Sequence record: NZ_CP067423.1
Length of the DNA: 64,000 nucleotides
Strand: one strand, 5' to 3'
Origin: a plasmid
The notes below the pieces were generated by a model. It did no database searches and was not told the DNA's origin. It saw nothing but the letters and a program-made list of their open reading frames with translations. The position numbers and the translations under genes are program-made. Below are positions 55,772-64,000 of this stretch, one piece after another. The stretch's first letter is position 1. Every line of letters starts with the position of its first letter.

Positions 55772-57154
55772 ATGGCCGATTTTGATGTTGACTTGGCAGT
55801 AATTGGTGGTGGTTCAGGCGGGGTCCGCGCCGCACGGGTCGCTGCTAGCTATGGAGCCAAGGTCATCGTTGCTGAAGGAGATCGGGTCGGCGGCACCTGC
55901 GTTATCCGTGGCTGCGTACCAAAAAAGCTTATGGTCTACGCTTCAGATCTCCAGAAAGAGATCGGGAACGCGGCTGGCTTCGGATGGTCGGTCCCCCCAG
56001 CAAAATTCGATTGGGGAGTATTGACGGCAAACAGAAACAGGGAAGTCGCCCGTCTCGAGATGGCATATACGTCGACGATCGAACGTTCGGGAGCGCGCCT
56101 AGTGAAAGAGCGCGCAACGTTCCAAGACGCACGCACCTTGCGTCTTGCCAATGGGGAGACGGTGCGCGCTCGAAATATACTTATTGCCACTGGCAGCACG
56201 CCGAACCACGGGGAGGCAATACCTGGCATCGAGCATGTCATCTCGTCCGACAAGGTCTTTGAGCTTCGTGAACTGCCGCAGCGGATCCTAATTCAAGGAG
56301 GGGGCTACATTGCGGTTGAGTTCGCATGCATATTCGCCGGTCTCGGTTCGAAAGTGACCTTGGTTTGTCGCAGCGACAACATCCTGCGCGGTTTTGATGA
56401 AGACGTAAGGGCACATGTTCGTCGTGCTCTGGAGGAGCAGGGAATTCTGGTCGTCACCTCCTGCTGGATCAACAGGGTTGACAGGATTGACGAAAGCAGC
56501 GGGCTATTGAAAGCTAGTCTTTCAAACGCTGAACAGCTCGTCGCAGACCAAGTCATGTTTGCGATTGGACGAAAGCCCAACACGCAGGACCTAAATCTCC
56601 AGAATTCTGGCGTTGCGCTAAGCCCTGACAGCGGCGGCGTCGCGGTCAACGAGAACTCGCAGACCAATGTGCCCCATATCTACGCGGTCGGCGACGTGAC
56701 AAACCGCGTAAACCTTACCCCTGTAGCGGTGCGCGAGGGCCAGGCCTTTGCAGATTCGGTATTTGGCGAGCGTCCCACGCAGGTCGACTATGCGGATATC
56801 CCGACTGCGGTTTTCTCGCGTCCGGAAGTCGGATCCGTTGGGCTATCAGAGGCACAAGCCTGTGCCCTGTTTGAAAGGGTGGACATCTACAAAACGGATT
56901 TTCGGCCCATGAAGGTCGCCCTCTCCCACAGCTCCGAACGAATGATGATGAAGCTCGTCGTAGATGCAGATTCCGGGAGGGTTGTCGGCTGCCATATTGT
57001 CGGATCAGGCGCGGCGGAGATCATCCAGGCAGTTGCGATTGCGATAAGAATGAAAGCCGTAAAGGAGGACTTTGATGCAACAATGGCTCTTCATCCAACA
57101 GCGGCGGAAGAACTTGTCACGATGCGGACACCGACCAAGCGCTGCGTTCGATAA
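55772..57154 (+). CDS. gor: glutathione-disulfide reductase
   Basis: Redox-active GGTCVIRGCVPKK, a second NAD(P)-binding GGGYIAVEF, and the C-terminal HPTAAEE signature. Confidence 0.85.
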   Translation: MADFDVDLAVIGGGSGGVRAARVAASYGAKVIVAEGDRVGGTCVIRGCVPKKLMVYASDLQKEIGNAAGFGWSVPPAKFDWGVLTANRNREVARLEMAYTSTIERSGARLVKERATFQDARTLRLANGETVRARNILIATGSTPNHGEAIPGIEHVISSDKVFELRELPQRILIQGGGYIAVEFACIFAGLGSKVTLVCRSDNILRGFDEDVRAHVRRALEEQGILVVTSCWINRVDRIDESSGLLKASLSNAEQLVADQVMFAIGRKPNTQDLNLQNSGVALSPDSGGVAVNENSQTNVPHIYAVGDVTNRVNLTPVAVREGQAFADSVFGERPTQVDYADIPTAVFSRPEVGSVGLSEAQACALFERVDIYKTDFRPMKVALSHSSERMMMKLVVDADSGRVVGCHIVGSGAAEIIQAVAIAIRMKAVKEDFDATMALHPTAAEELVTMRTPTKRCVR

Positions 57155-58178
57155 TGCATTTGTGTAGTCAGTCGGACTCTTCTTGCTTCACCTCAATGCG
57201 CTGGGAAGACCATGCTGAGGCGGTCGAACTTCGGTCTTAGGGGTGCTCGCAGCTCTCATCTTTGCTACCATGAAAGCTAATAACGGCTAATCACATGAAC
57301 AGCCCCTCTAACCGCGTGTGGATAATAGTCAACGATGGATTCGAAGGCGTTGCGATAAGCTATTTGGACGTCTCAGCTGCTGGCAACTTCCAGCAGCCTT
57401 CAACTCATCCATTTTCACTCGTGAGAACAATTCGTCGATTTATCAGCAATTTATGTCGATCAGCATTCACGAGGACATATTAGCACATGCCTCTGTCGAG
57501 CCACGCATTTCCTAATCGAAGTGCTCTGAGTCAACCGCAGCACTCTGAATAGCCACAGGATCTCGGAGGCTCCATGTGCGGATGTATATGGACCCCGCCC
57601 AATTGCAACAGTCGGCTGGATCAGGATCGATGGTCACAACTGCTGATGTATATCCGGCTGCGTGATGCGGCTGGACAACGTCTTCGCCGCGAGCCTCGAT
57701 GGGTTGATGGGTTTTCGCCGCTTCCACCTCAAAGCCCCGATGACATTGGTTAACGCCATGCCGGTCCACACATCAGGTTCTGGAAGCGACGGGGTGACCG
57801 TTTCGCCATCTCCTGCCATTGGCTGCAATTGGCGGGGTGGGACCTCCTTTAGTTATTGGCCGCTTCTATTCAGGCCGCCTTCACCGACAGCGCGGCCCCT
57901 TTGCGGAAGTCGACCGGCGTGCTCGCAACATAAACCGTCACGCCCGAAGGGATGCTTGAGTACGTTCAGCTGGCGTATCTGGTCTGGTCGGTGCAGGTGC
58001 GCCAGCGGACGCAGCTGATCGACGCTTTGCGCGTGTAAGTGCCGGGTGAATACTCCTCAGATCGGGCGGATGAACTTTCCCCAGGCTGACGCAACGGCAC
58101 GGCTCCGGAGCAGGCGCCTCGGAACCGTGTAGCCGCCCTTGGCCCATAATCCCCTCAGTCGATTGAGGGAGGGCGTGG

Positions 58179-59453
58179 GTGGTCACACTTGGGGAACTCG
58201 TCATGATTCTCGATCTCGCCCGCCAGGGGCTGAGCGTGTCGGCAATCGCGCGCCGGACCGGCCTGGACCGCAAGACCATCCGAAAGTACATCGCCAAGGG
58301 GCTGGAGCCGCCCGCCTACACGCCGCGGCCCCCGCGACAGACCCTTGTCGGCCCCTTTGAACCCTATCTGCGGGAGCGCCTCCAGGCCTTCCCGGAACTC
58401 AGCGGCCGACGTCTGCTCCGGGACATCCGCGCGCTCGGCTACCAGGGCGGCTATACCGTGCTGAAGGATTTCCTGCGTACCGTCCGGCCCAGGCCCGAGA
58501 CACAGTTCGAGCGCCGGTTCGAGACACCGCCCGGCAAGCAGGCCCAGGTCGATTTCGCCTTCTTCAAGACCGTGTTCACCGACCAGCCCGACGTCGAGCG
58601 GATCGTCTGGCTGTTCTCGATCGTGCTCGGCCACAGCCGCATGATGTGGGCCCGCTTCGTCGCCCGCCAGGATCTGCCGACCGTGCTCCGGTGCCACATC
58701 GCCGCCTTCGAGGCGTTCGGCGGCGTGCCCGAGCAGATCCTTTATGACCGCATGAAGACCGCCGTGCTCGGTGACGTCGAGGACCCCGACCAGCCGGCCA
58801 AGGGGATCGCCTACAATGCCAAGCTCCTCGATCTGGCCGCCTGCTACGGTTTCCTGCCGAAGGCCTGCAGGCCCTACCGGGCACAGACCAAGGGCAAGGT
58901 GGAGCGGCCCTTCCGCTATGTCCGGGAGGACTTCTTCCTCGCCCGCACCTTCCGCAATCTGGACGACCTGAACGCCCAGTTCGTCCAGTGGCTGGACCAG
59001 GTCGCCAACGTTCGCCTGCACGCCACCACCCAGCGTGTCGTCGTCGAGCATTTCGCCGAGGAGCGCGATCACCTCAAGGCCCTCCCGGCCGGTCCCTTCA
59101 ACACCGTGCTGGCACTCGAGCGCCGCATCACCCGCGACGGCATGGTCTCCGTCGCCGGCAATCTCTACTCCGTGCCCGACAGCACCCGCCGGCGGACCGT
59201 CGAGGTGCAGATTACCGCCGGCGCGGTCAACATCCTGGAGGACGGCATCCTCATCGCCTCCCATCCGGCACAGGAAGGCCGCGGCCAGCGCCGGATCGCT
59301 CCCGGTCACCGCACCCAGCCGCCGCCGGCCAACAGCAGGACGGCCCGGGAGGAGGCCAGGCCCGAGCCTCGGGGCAGCACGGTGACACCCCGTTCGCTGG
59401 CCATCTACGACGCGATCGGCCGCCGTCTCGCCAGCCAGCAGGGTGTCCCATGA
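58179..59453 (+). CDS. istA: IS21 family transposase IstA
   Basis: HTH (LSVSAIARRTGLDRKTIRKYI) and DDE core (QVDFAFFKT...). Confidence 0.9.
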   Translation: MVTLGELVMILDLARQGLSVSAIARRTGLDRKTIRKYIAKGLEPPAYTPRPPRQTLVGPFEPYLRERLQAFPELSGRRLLRDIRALGYQGGYTVLKDFLRTVRPRPETQFERRFETPPGKQAQVDFAFFKTVFTDQPDVERIVWLFSIVLGHSRMMWARFVARQDLPTVLRCHIAAFEAFGGVPEQILYDRMKTAVLGDVEDPDQPAKGIAYNAKLLDLAACYGFLPKACRPYRAQTKGKVERPFRYVREDFFLARTFRNLDDLNAQFVQWLDQVANVRLHATTQRVVVEHFAEERDHLKALPAGPFNTVLALERRITRDGMVSVAGNLYSVPDSTRRRTVEVQITAGAVNILEDGILIASHPAQEGRGQRRIAPGHRTQPPPANSRTAREEARPEPRGSTVTPRSLAIYDAIGRRLASQQGVP

Positions 59454-60328
59454 CCGCAACCACCCTCGATCCGGCGGCCAGCCCCGCCACGCTCGACCGC
59501 ATCCGCGCTCACCTGGTCGGTCTCAACATGCCGCGCGCGCTCGAAGTGCTGGAGCATATCCTGCGGCGGATCGAACGCGGCGAGATCTCGGCCCTGGAGG
59601 CCATCGACACCCTGCTCGGCGAGGAACTGACCCTGCGGGAGGGGCGACGCGTCAGGTCCGCGCTGAAGATGGGCCGGCTGATCAACATCAAGACCCTGGG
59701 CGGGTTCGACTTCTCCTTCCAGCCCTCGCTTGACCGCGACCGCATCATGGCGCTGGCCCAGCTCGACTTCGTCGATCGCCACGAGGCGGTCCATTTCCTC
59801 GGTCAACCCGGCTGCGGCAAAACCCATCTGGCGCTGGCCCTCGGTGTCGAGGCGGTCAAGTCCGGTCGTTCGGTCTACTTCGCCACCCTGGCCGACATCG
59901 TCAGTTCGCTCGCCAAGGCGGAGCGGGAAGGCACCCTGCGCGAACGCCTGCGTTTTCTGTGCCGGCCCCAGTTGCTGATCGTCGATGAGATCGGCTATCT
60001 GCCCGTCATCCCGGGGGGCGGCAACCTATTCTTCCAGCTGGTAAATGCCCGTTACGAACGCGGCGCGATGATCCTGACCTCGAACCGCGGCTTTGCCGAA
60101 TGGGGCGATGTCTTCGGCGGCACCGTCGTCGCCACCGCGCTGCTGGACCGCCTGCTACACCATGCCGTTGTCGTTCAGATCGAGGGAGCCAGCTACCGGC
60201 TCCGCCGCCACGCCGACCTGATCCCGGACAACACTCGAACCCGATCCATCACTACCCCTCAACCTCAACCACGCCGCCGGGGACGACCACCGAAAATGAC
60301 CTCTACCCAGCCAGACACCGACCTATAA
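59450..60328 (+). CDS. istB: IS21 family helper ATPase IstB
   Basis: Walker A GQPGCGKTHLA and Walker B LLIVDEIG. The start overlaps the istA stop. Confidence 0.9.
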   Translation: MTATTLDPAASPATLDRIRAHLVGLNMPRALEVLEHILRRIERGEISALEAIDTLLGEELTLREGRRVRSALKMGRLINIKTLGGFDFSFQPSLDRDRIMALAQLDFVDRHEAVHFLGQPGCGKTHLALALGVEAVKSGRSVYFATLADIVSSLAKAEREGTLRERLRFLCRPQLLIVDEIGYLPVIPGGGNLFFQLVNARYERGAMILTSNRGFAEWGDVFGGTVVATALLDRLLHHAVVVQIEGASYRLRRHADLIPDNTRTRSITTPQPQPRRRGRPPKMTSTQPDTDL

Positions 60329-60819
60329 CCTGACAAACCGACTGGGGATTATTCACCCGCCCGATCTGGGGAAGCTTCATCCGCCCTTTACAGCGCGGGC
60401 ATCTTGCCGAACGCGGCATCATCGCACCACAAGGTCCGGCTCACCTGAAAACCTTAGCTGCCGCGATTGATGCCGCCGAACCAGCGATGCCCCAACTGGT
60501 CCTCGACCTTGGTCGCGTACCTCGAGCAGGTCGACCGGTTGAGCCGCGAAGATTGGAGAGCTGGAGAAATCCTTCGCCGTGAAGCCCCACGCGGGGAGGA
60601 TACACCCACCTTCGGACCACGCCGGGAATTGGCCCGATCACGGCCATGGCGGTGGAAGCGTGTGCGCCCCCAATGGCGACCTTAAGCGAGGTCGCGACTA
60701 TAGCGGTGGCGCAGTTCGGAGCGTGATCTGCTCCGAGAGCCATTGACTGAGAAAACTGGATATGCCAAATTGGTCAAACCAGATCGCGATGTTTTCCCAA
60801 ACGATGCGCACCTGGATGG

Positions 60820-62505
60820 TTGGACGTCGAAAATCTCGAAGGAGGAAGCGCCGTGGCGAAGGAAAAGAGCGGCTACTATGGCACGCGAAGGAAATTCTGG
60901 TCGTGGGGATATGAAGGTGAAGATAACTCCCAGGACGAAATCCGTACCATGCGAGACCGCGTGGAGCAGCGGCTTGGGATTAAGGATATCGAAGTTCTCT
61001 CGGACCCGACCCTTGATGAGATTGAACTTTATCCGTCGCGCATAAAGATCCCGCGAACGCTGGAAGATTTCTGCACCACGGAAAAGTGGGACAGAGTTGT
61101 CCATACCTACGGTAAGGGTTTTAAGGACATGACCCTTATCTACCGGCGCGATTTCAAGAAGGCTCCGGACGTCGTGGCCTATCCGCGCGACGAAGAAGAT
61201 ATTGCCGCCATCTTCGACTGGTGTGGCGAAAACGGCTATGCATGCATACCGTATGGCGGTGGATCGAGCGTCACAGGAGGCTTCTGGGGTCCCGAGCGCG
61301 ACGCCTTTCCCGGCGTGGTCGTTATTGACCTGGGCAACCTCAACCAGATTCTCGAAATCGACCCTGTGTCACGCTGCGCGCGGATCCAGGCAGGCATTCT
61401 CGGGCCGGCTCTGGAAGAACAACTGAAGCCGCACGGCCTCACCCTGCGCCATATTCCGCAATCGTGGGAATTCTCATCGCTGGGCGGCTGGATCGCAACC
61501 CGGTCGTCCGGTCACTATGCGACCCATCTCACGCATATCGACGACATGGTGGAAAGCCTGCGCGTCGTCACGCCAGCGGGGACGATCCAGAATCGCCGGC
61601 TGCCTGCCTCAGGTGCGGGACCAAATCCGGATCGCATGTTCATCGGGTCTGAAGGCACGATGGGCATCATCACTGATGCATGGATGCGTCTGCAGGGGCG
61701 TGTGAAATTCCGTGCGAATGCATCGATCTCCTTCAAGTCGTTCTATGAGGGTGCCAAGGCCGTCCGTCAAATCACCCAAGCGGGACTGTTCCCGGCGAAC
61801 GCTCGCTATCTCGACGAGCAGGACGCCAAATTCTACGGCGCTGGAGACGGCACCGATTCCGTCTTGCTGCTGGGCTTCGAATCCGCCGACCATCCGGTGG
61901 ACGCATGGCTGGAGCGTGGTCTCGAAATCTGCAAGGACTTCGGTGGCGTCGTGAAGCAGCGCGCGGGAACAGCAGACAACGCGCTGGAAACCAGCCGCAG
62001 CGGGCCGCAGGGTAACTGGCGGCACCAGTTCAGGTATCTGCCCCGGCTGATGCATACGCGCGCTGCGATGGGAATCGTGAGCTTCACGTTCGAAACCGCC
62101 TATACTTGGGATCGGTTCGAAGAAGTCGATACCGAGATCATGCGTCGCGTGCGAACGGCCCAGAAGGAACATCTTGGCGGTGGCATCGTCTGCCGCAGGT
62201 TCTCCTTCCTGTATCCGGACGGTCCGGCTCCATACTACTCGATCATGGCTCCTTCGACACATGCCAACAGCCTCGAAGCCTATTCGATGCTCCACGACGT
62301 GGCGTCGGACGCCCTAATAGAGCTCGGCGCCACCATCACGCACCATCATGCTGTCGGCAAATCGTTCCGTCCTTGGTACGACAAAGAAGTCGATCCGTTG
62401 TTCCGCCGTGTGCTGGCAGCCGCCAAGACCGAGCTGGACCCGAAGTGGATGTTGAATCCTGGGCTGATCGTCGACAAGCCCACAGGGCTCAAGATCGTCG
62501 GATAG
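60820..62505 (+). CDS. FAD-linked oxidase (FAD_binding_4 plus C-terminal domain; alkyl-DHAP synthase / D-lactate dehydrogenase-like)
   Basis: RKFWSWGYE N-terminal motif, FAD-binding PCMH domain (ACIPYGGGSSVTGG), and the C-terminal oxidase domain. Confidence 0.8.
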   Translation: MDVENLEGGSAVAKEKSGYYGTRRKFWSWGYEGEDNSQDEIRTMRDRVEQRLGIKDIEVLSDPTLDEIELYPSRIKIPRTLEDFCTTEKWDRVVHTYGKGFKDMTLIYRRDFKKAPDVVAYPRDEEDIAAIFDWCGENGYACIPYGGGSSVTGGFWGPERDAFPGVVVIDLGNLNQILEIDPVSRCARIQAGILGPALEEQLKPHGLTLRHIPQSWEFSSLGGWIATRSSGHYATHLTHIDDMVESLRVVTPAGTIQNRRLPASGAGPNPDRMFIGSEGTMGIITDAWMRLQGRVKFRANASISFKSFYEGAKAVRQITQAGLFPANARYLDEQDAKFYGAGDGTDSVLLLGFESADHPVDAWLERGLEICKDFGGVVKQRAGTADNALETSRSGPQGNWRHQFRYLPRLMHTRAAMGIVSFTFETAYTWDRFEEVDTEIMRRVRTAQKEHLGGGIVCRRFSFLYPDGPAPYYSIMAPSTHANSLEAYSMLHDVASDALIELGATITHHHAVGKSFRPWYDKEVDPLFRRVLAAAKTELDPKWMLNPGLIVDKPTGLKIVG

Positions 62506-62518
62506 GGGTTCTTCAGCG

Positions 62519-63208
62519 ATGATTGATCTATACTTCTGGCCAACCCCCAACGGGTATAAAGCCGCTATAATGCTTGCAGAGCTGGACTTGGAGTACCGTG
62601 TTATTCCGGTTGATATAACCGCAGGAAAGCAATTTGAGCCGGAATTCCTGAAGATCAATCCAAACAACAAAGTGCCGGCCATCGTTGACCACGATGGCCC
62701 GCACAACAAGCCTTACGCTGTTTTTGAATCGGCGGTTGTTCTACTCTATCTTGCGGAAAAGTCCGGAAAGTTCCTTTCTCAGGACCCGGAAAAACGATAC
62801 GATACGCTAAAGTGGCTTGTGTTTCAGAATACCACGATGGGCCCAATGCTGGGCCAAGCACATCATTTCATGGTGTATGCGACTGAGAAGATCGATTACG
62901 CCATCGAACGTTACGACCGGGAAGTTGGTCGAATATACAACATTCTCGAGAAGCGCCTTGCCGAATATGAATATCTCGCCGGCGAGTATTCTATCGCTGA
63001 CATCAGCACATTCCCTTGGGTTCGCACGCGGAAATTGCATCGACGCGACCTGTCGGAGTACCCGAACATTGATCGTTGGTACCAGGCGATCAAAGACCGT
63101 CCGGGGGTTCGTGCGGGCATAGACACATTGTCCGACAGCAAGCAGTGGGAAGCGAAGCCGGGCACCGACGCTTGGAAGAATATGTTCGGAAAGAACGGCA
63201 GTTCGTAA
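62519..63208 (+). CDS. glutathione S-transferase (Nu/YfcG-like class)
   Basis: N-terminal thioredoxin-like domain (MIDLYFWPTPNGYKAAIMLAELDLEY...KVPAIVDHD) and alpha-helical C-terminal domain. Confidence 0.85.
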   Translation: MIDLYFWPTPNGYKAAIMLAELDLEYRVIPVDITAGKQFEPEFLKINPNNKVPAIVDHDGPHNKPYAVFESAVVLLYLAEKSGKFLSQDPEKRYDTLKWLVFQNTTMGPMLGQAHHFMVYATEKIDYAIERYDREVGRIYNILEKRLAEYEYLAGEYSIADISTFPWVRTRKLHRRDLSEYPNIDRWYQAIKDRPGVRAGIDTLSDSKQWEAKPGTDAWKNMFGKNGSS

Positions 63209-63477
63209 CAATCACACAAAATCCTCCCAGGCCTCAGGCGCGGCGGTCTATTCGTCGCGCCTGAGGCCGCGTAGGGGCAGTTGATGCAGGGCGGTCCCTA
63301 TGGGGCTGGCGCAGGATCTTGGAAATTTTGCGCGGCCGAAATGCCGTTTGAAATCGCCCAATACGTGACCACGAACTCGGCTGATGGATCCACTATCTAC
63401 TTGACAGCCAGTAAATTGGATGACCAAATTGGATATACCAATTGCCGCGCAGGCTATCAGGATTTGGGGAAATTGAG

Positions 63478-64000
63478 ATGGATTTTTTGGCCGAGCTGCC
63501 TCGTCGCATTCATATGATCTTGGAGGAAGGGGCAACGTTCGGCGACTCCCGTATCGCCTTTACAGATGAAAACGGGATTGATTGGTCCTTCCGCCGGCTG
63601 ATCGACACGGTCGCAGCTGTCTCTGATGAAATGCGACAACTCGGGGTTCGGCAGGGTGATCGGGTGATGATCATCTGCGAAAACTCGATCAGGGCTGTGG
63701 TTCTAATGTATGCAGCAAGCCGGTTGGATGCATGGGCGGTGCTAGCGAATGCCCGGCTCAGCAAGCATGAACTTGCCCTTATTGAAGAGGATTGCCAGCC
63801 GCGGCGTATATTTCGCACCGATTCCAACTTGTCTGCACAAAATGCGGACGACGGCAATGCTGATGTTCGGCTCTTTACTGATATCGGCGCCGTAACGGTT
63901 GGTCCGTTAAATGAGAACAGCCAGCCGGAAGAAGTTCACGAAGGATCCGCAGAGCAAGTCGCCGTTCTGATCTATACTACCGGGACCACGGGGCGCCCTA
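63478..64000 (+). CDS. AMP-dependent synthetase/ligase (acyl-CoA synthetase), N-terminal part; runs off the window
   Basis: AMP-binding motif IYTTGTTGRP at the window edge. Confidence 0.8.
   Translation, partial: MDFLAELPRRIHMILEEGATFGDSRIAFTDENGIDWSFRRLIDTVAAVSDEMRQLGVRQGDRVMIICENSIRAVVLMYAASRLDAWAVLANARLSKHELALIEEDCQPRRIFRTDSNLSAQNADDGNADVRLFTDIGAVTVGPLNENSQPEEVHEGSAEQVAVLIYTTGTTGRP

Larger units (their letters stand above)
58128..60392 (+). mobile_element. IS21-family insertion sequence, copy 3 (a third lineage); ends approximate
   Basis: istA and istB with an ATGA overlap. Imperfect terminal repeats containing ATAATCCCC(T)CAGTCG (58146-) and CGACTGGGGATTAT (-60352). The outer TG/CA candidates are at 58128 and 60392. 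No clean target duplication found. Confidence 0.55.

Noticed and set aside
58155-59459. 434-aa - strand ORF
   Set aside because: Antisense to IS21 copy 3 istA.

Overview
High-GC (~62-65%) alphaproteobacterial (Rhizobiales-like) accessory or plasmid-like DNA, saturated with insertion sequences. I count at least 11 IS-derived units: three different IS21-family elements, two IS5-family copies plus one remnant, one IS66 tnpC and one IS66 fragment, and single IS4, IS110, ISL3, IS91-fragment and ISKra4-like-fragment units. Three of the insertions can be reconstructed base by base from their target-site duplications. Embedded among the IS elements are six things worth attention: (1) a secreted NucA/EndoG-type nuclease split from its signal peptide by an IS21, followed by a small candidate inhibitor gene and a 774-aa prolyl-hydroxylase-like 2OG-Fe(II) oxygenase fusion protein; (2) a Tn5053/Tn7-like tniA-tniB-tniQ transposition module with frameshifted tniQ and no tnsA or tniR, sitting against a divergent tyrosine recombinase that is itself bisected by another IS21, and followed by a DUF1403 plus ScpB-like gene pair behind a Fur-box-like palindrome; (3) a serine resolvase next to a RES-Xre toxin-antitoxin pair; (4) a ~190-bp MITE/RIME-like repeat in two copies whose terminal inverted repeats differ between copies but stay complementary within each copy; (5) relics of a two-component system, an aldehyde dehydrogenase, a glcD-glcB junction and an RTX protein; (6) from 45 kb onward, an ordinary metabolic block: malate synthase G, CoA-transferase, a sugar-type ABC transporter, GMC oxidoreductase, glutathione reductase, FAD-linked oxidase, GST and an acyl-CoA synthetase. 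I found no tRNA, rRNA or CRISPR array. Coordinates of IS ends are approximate unless a target-site duplication is given.
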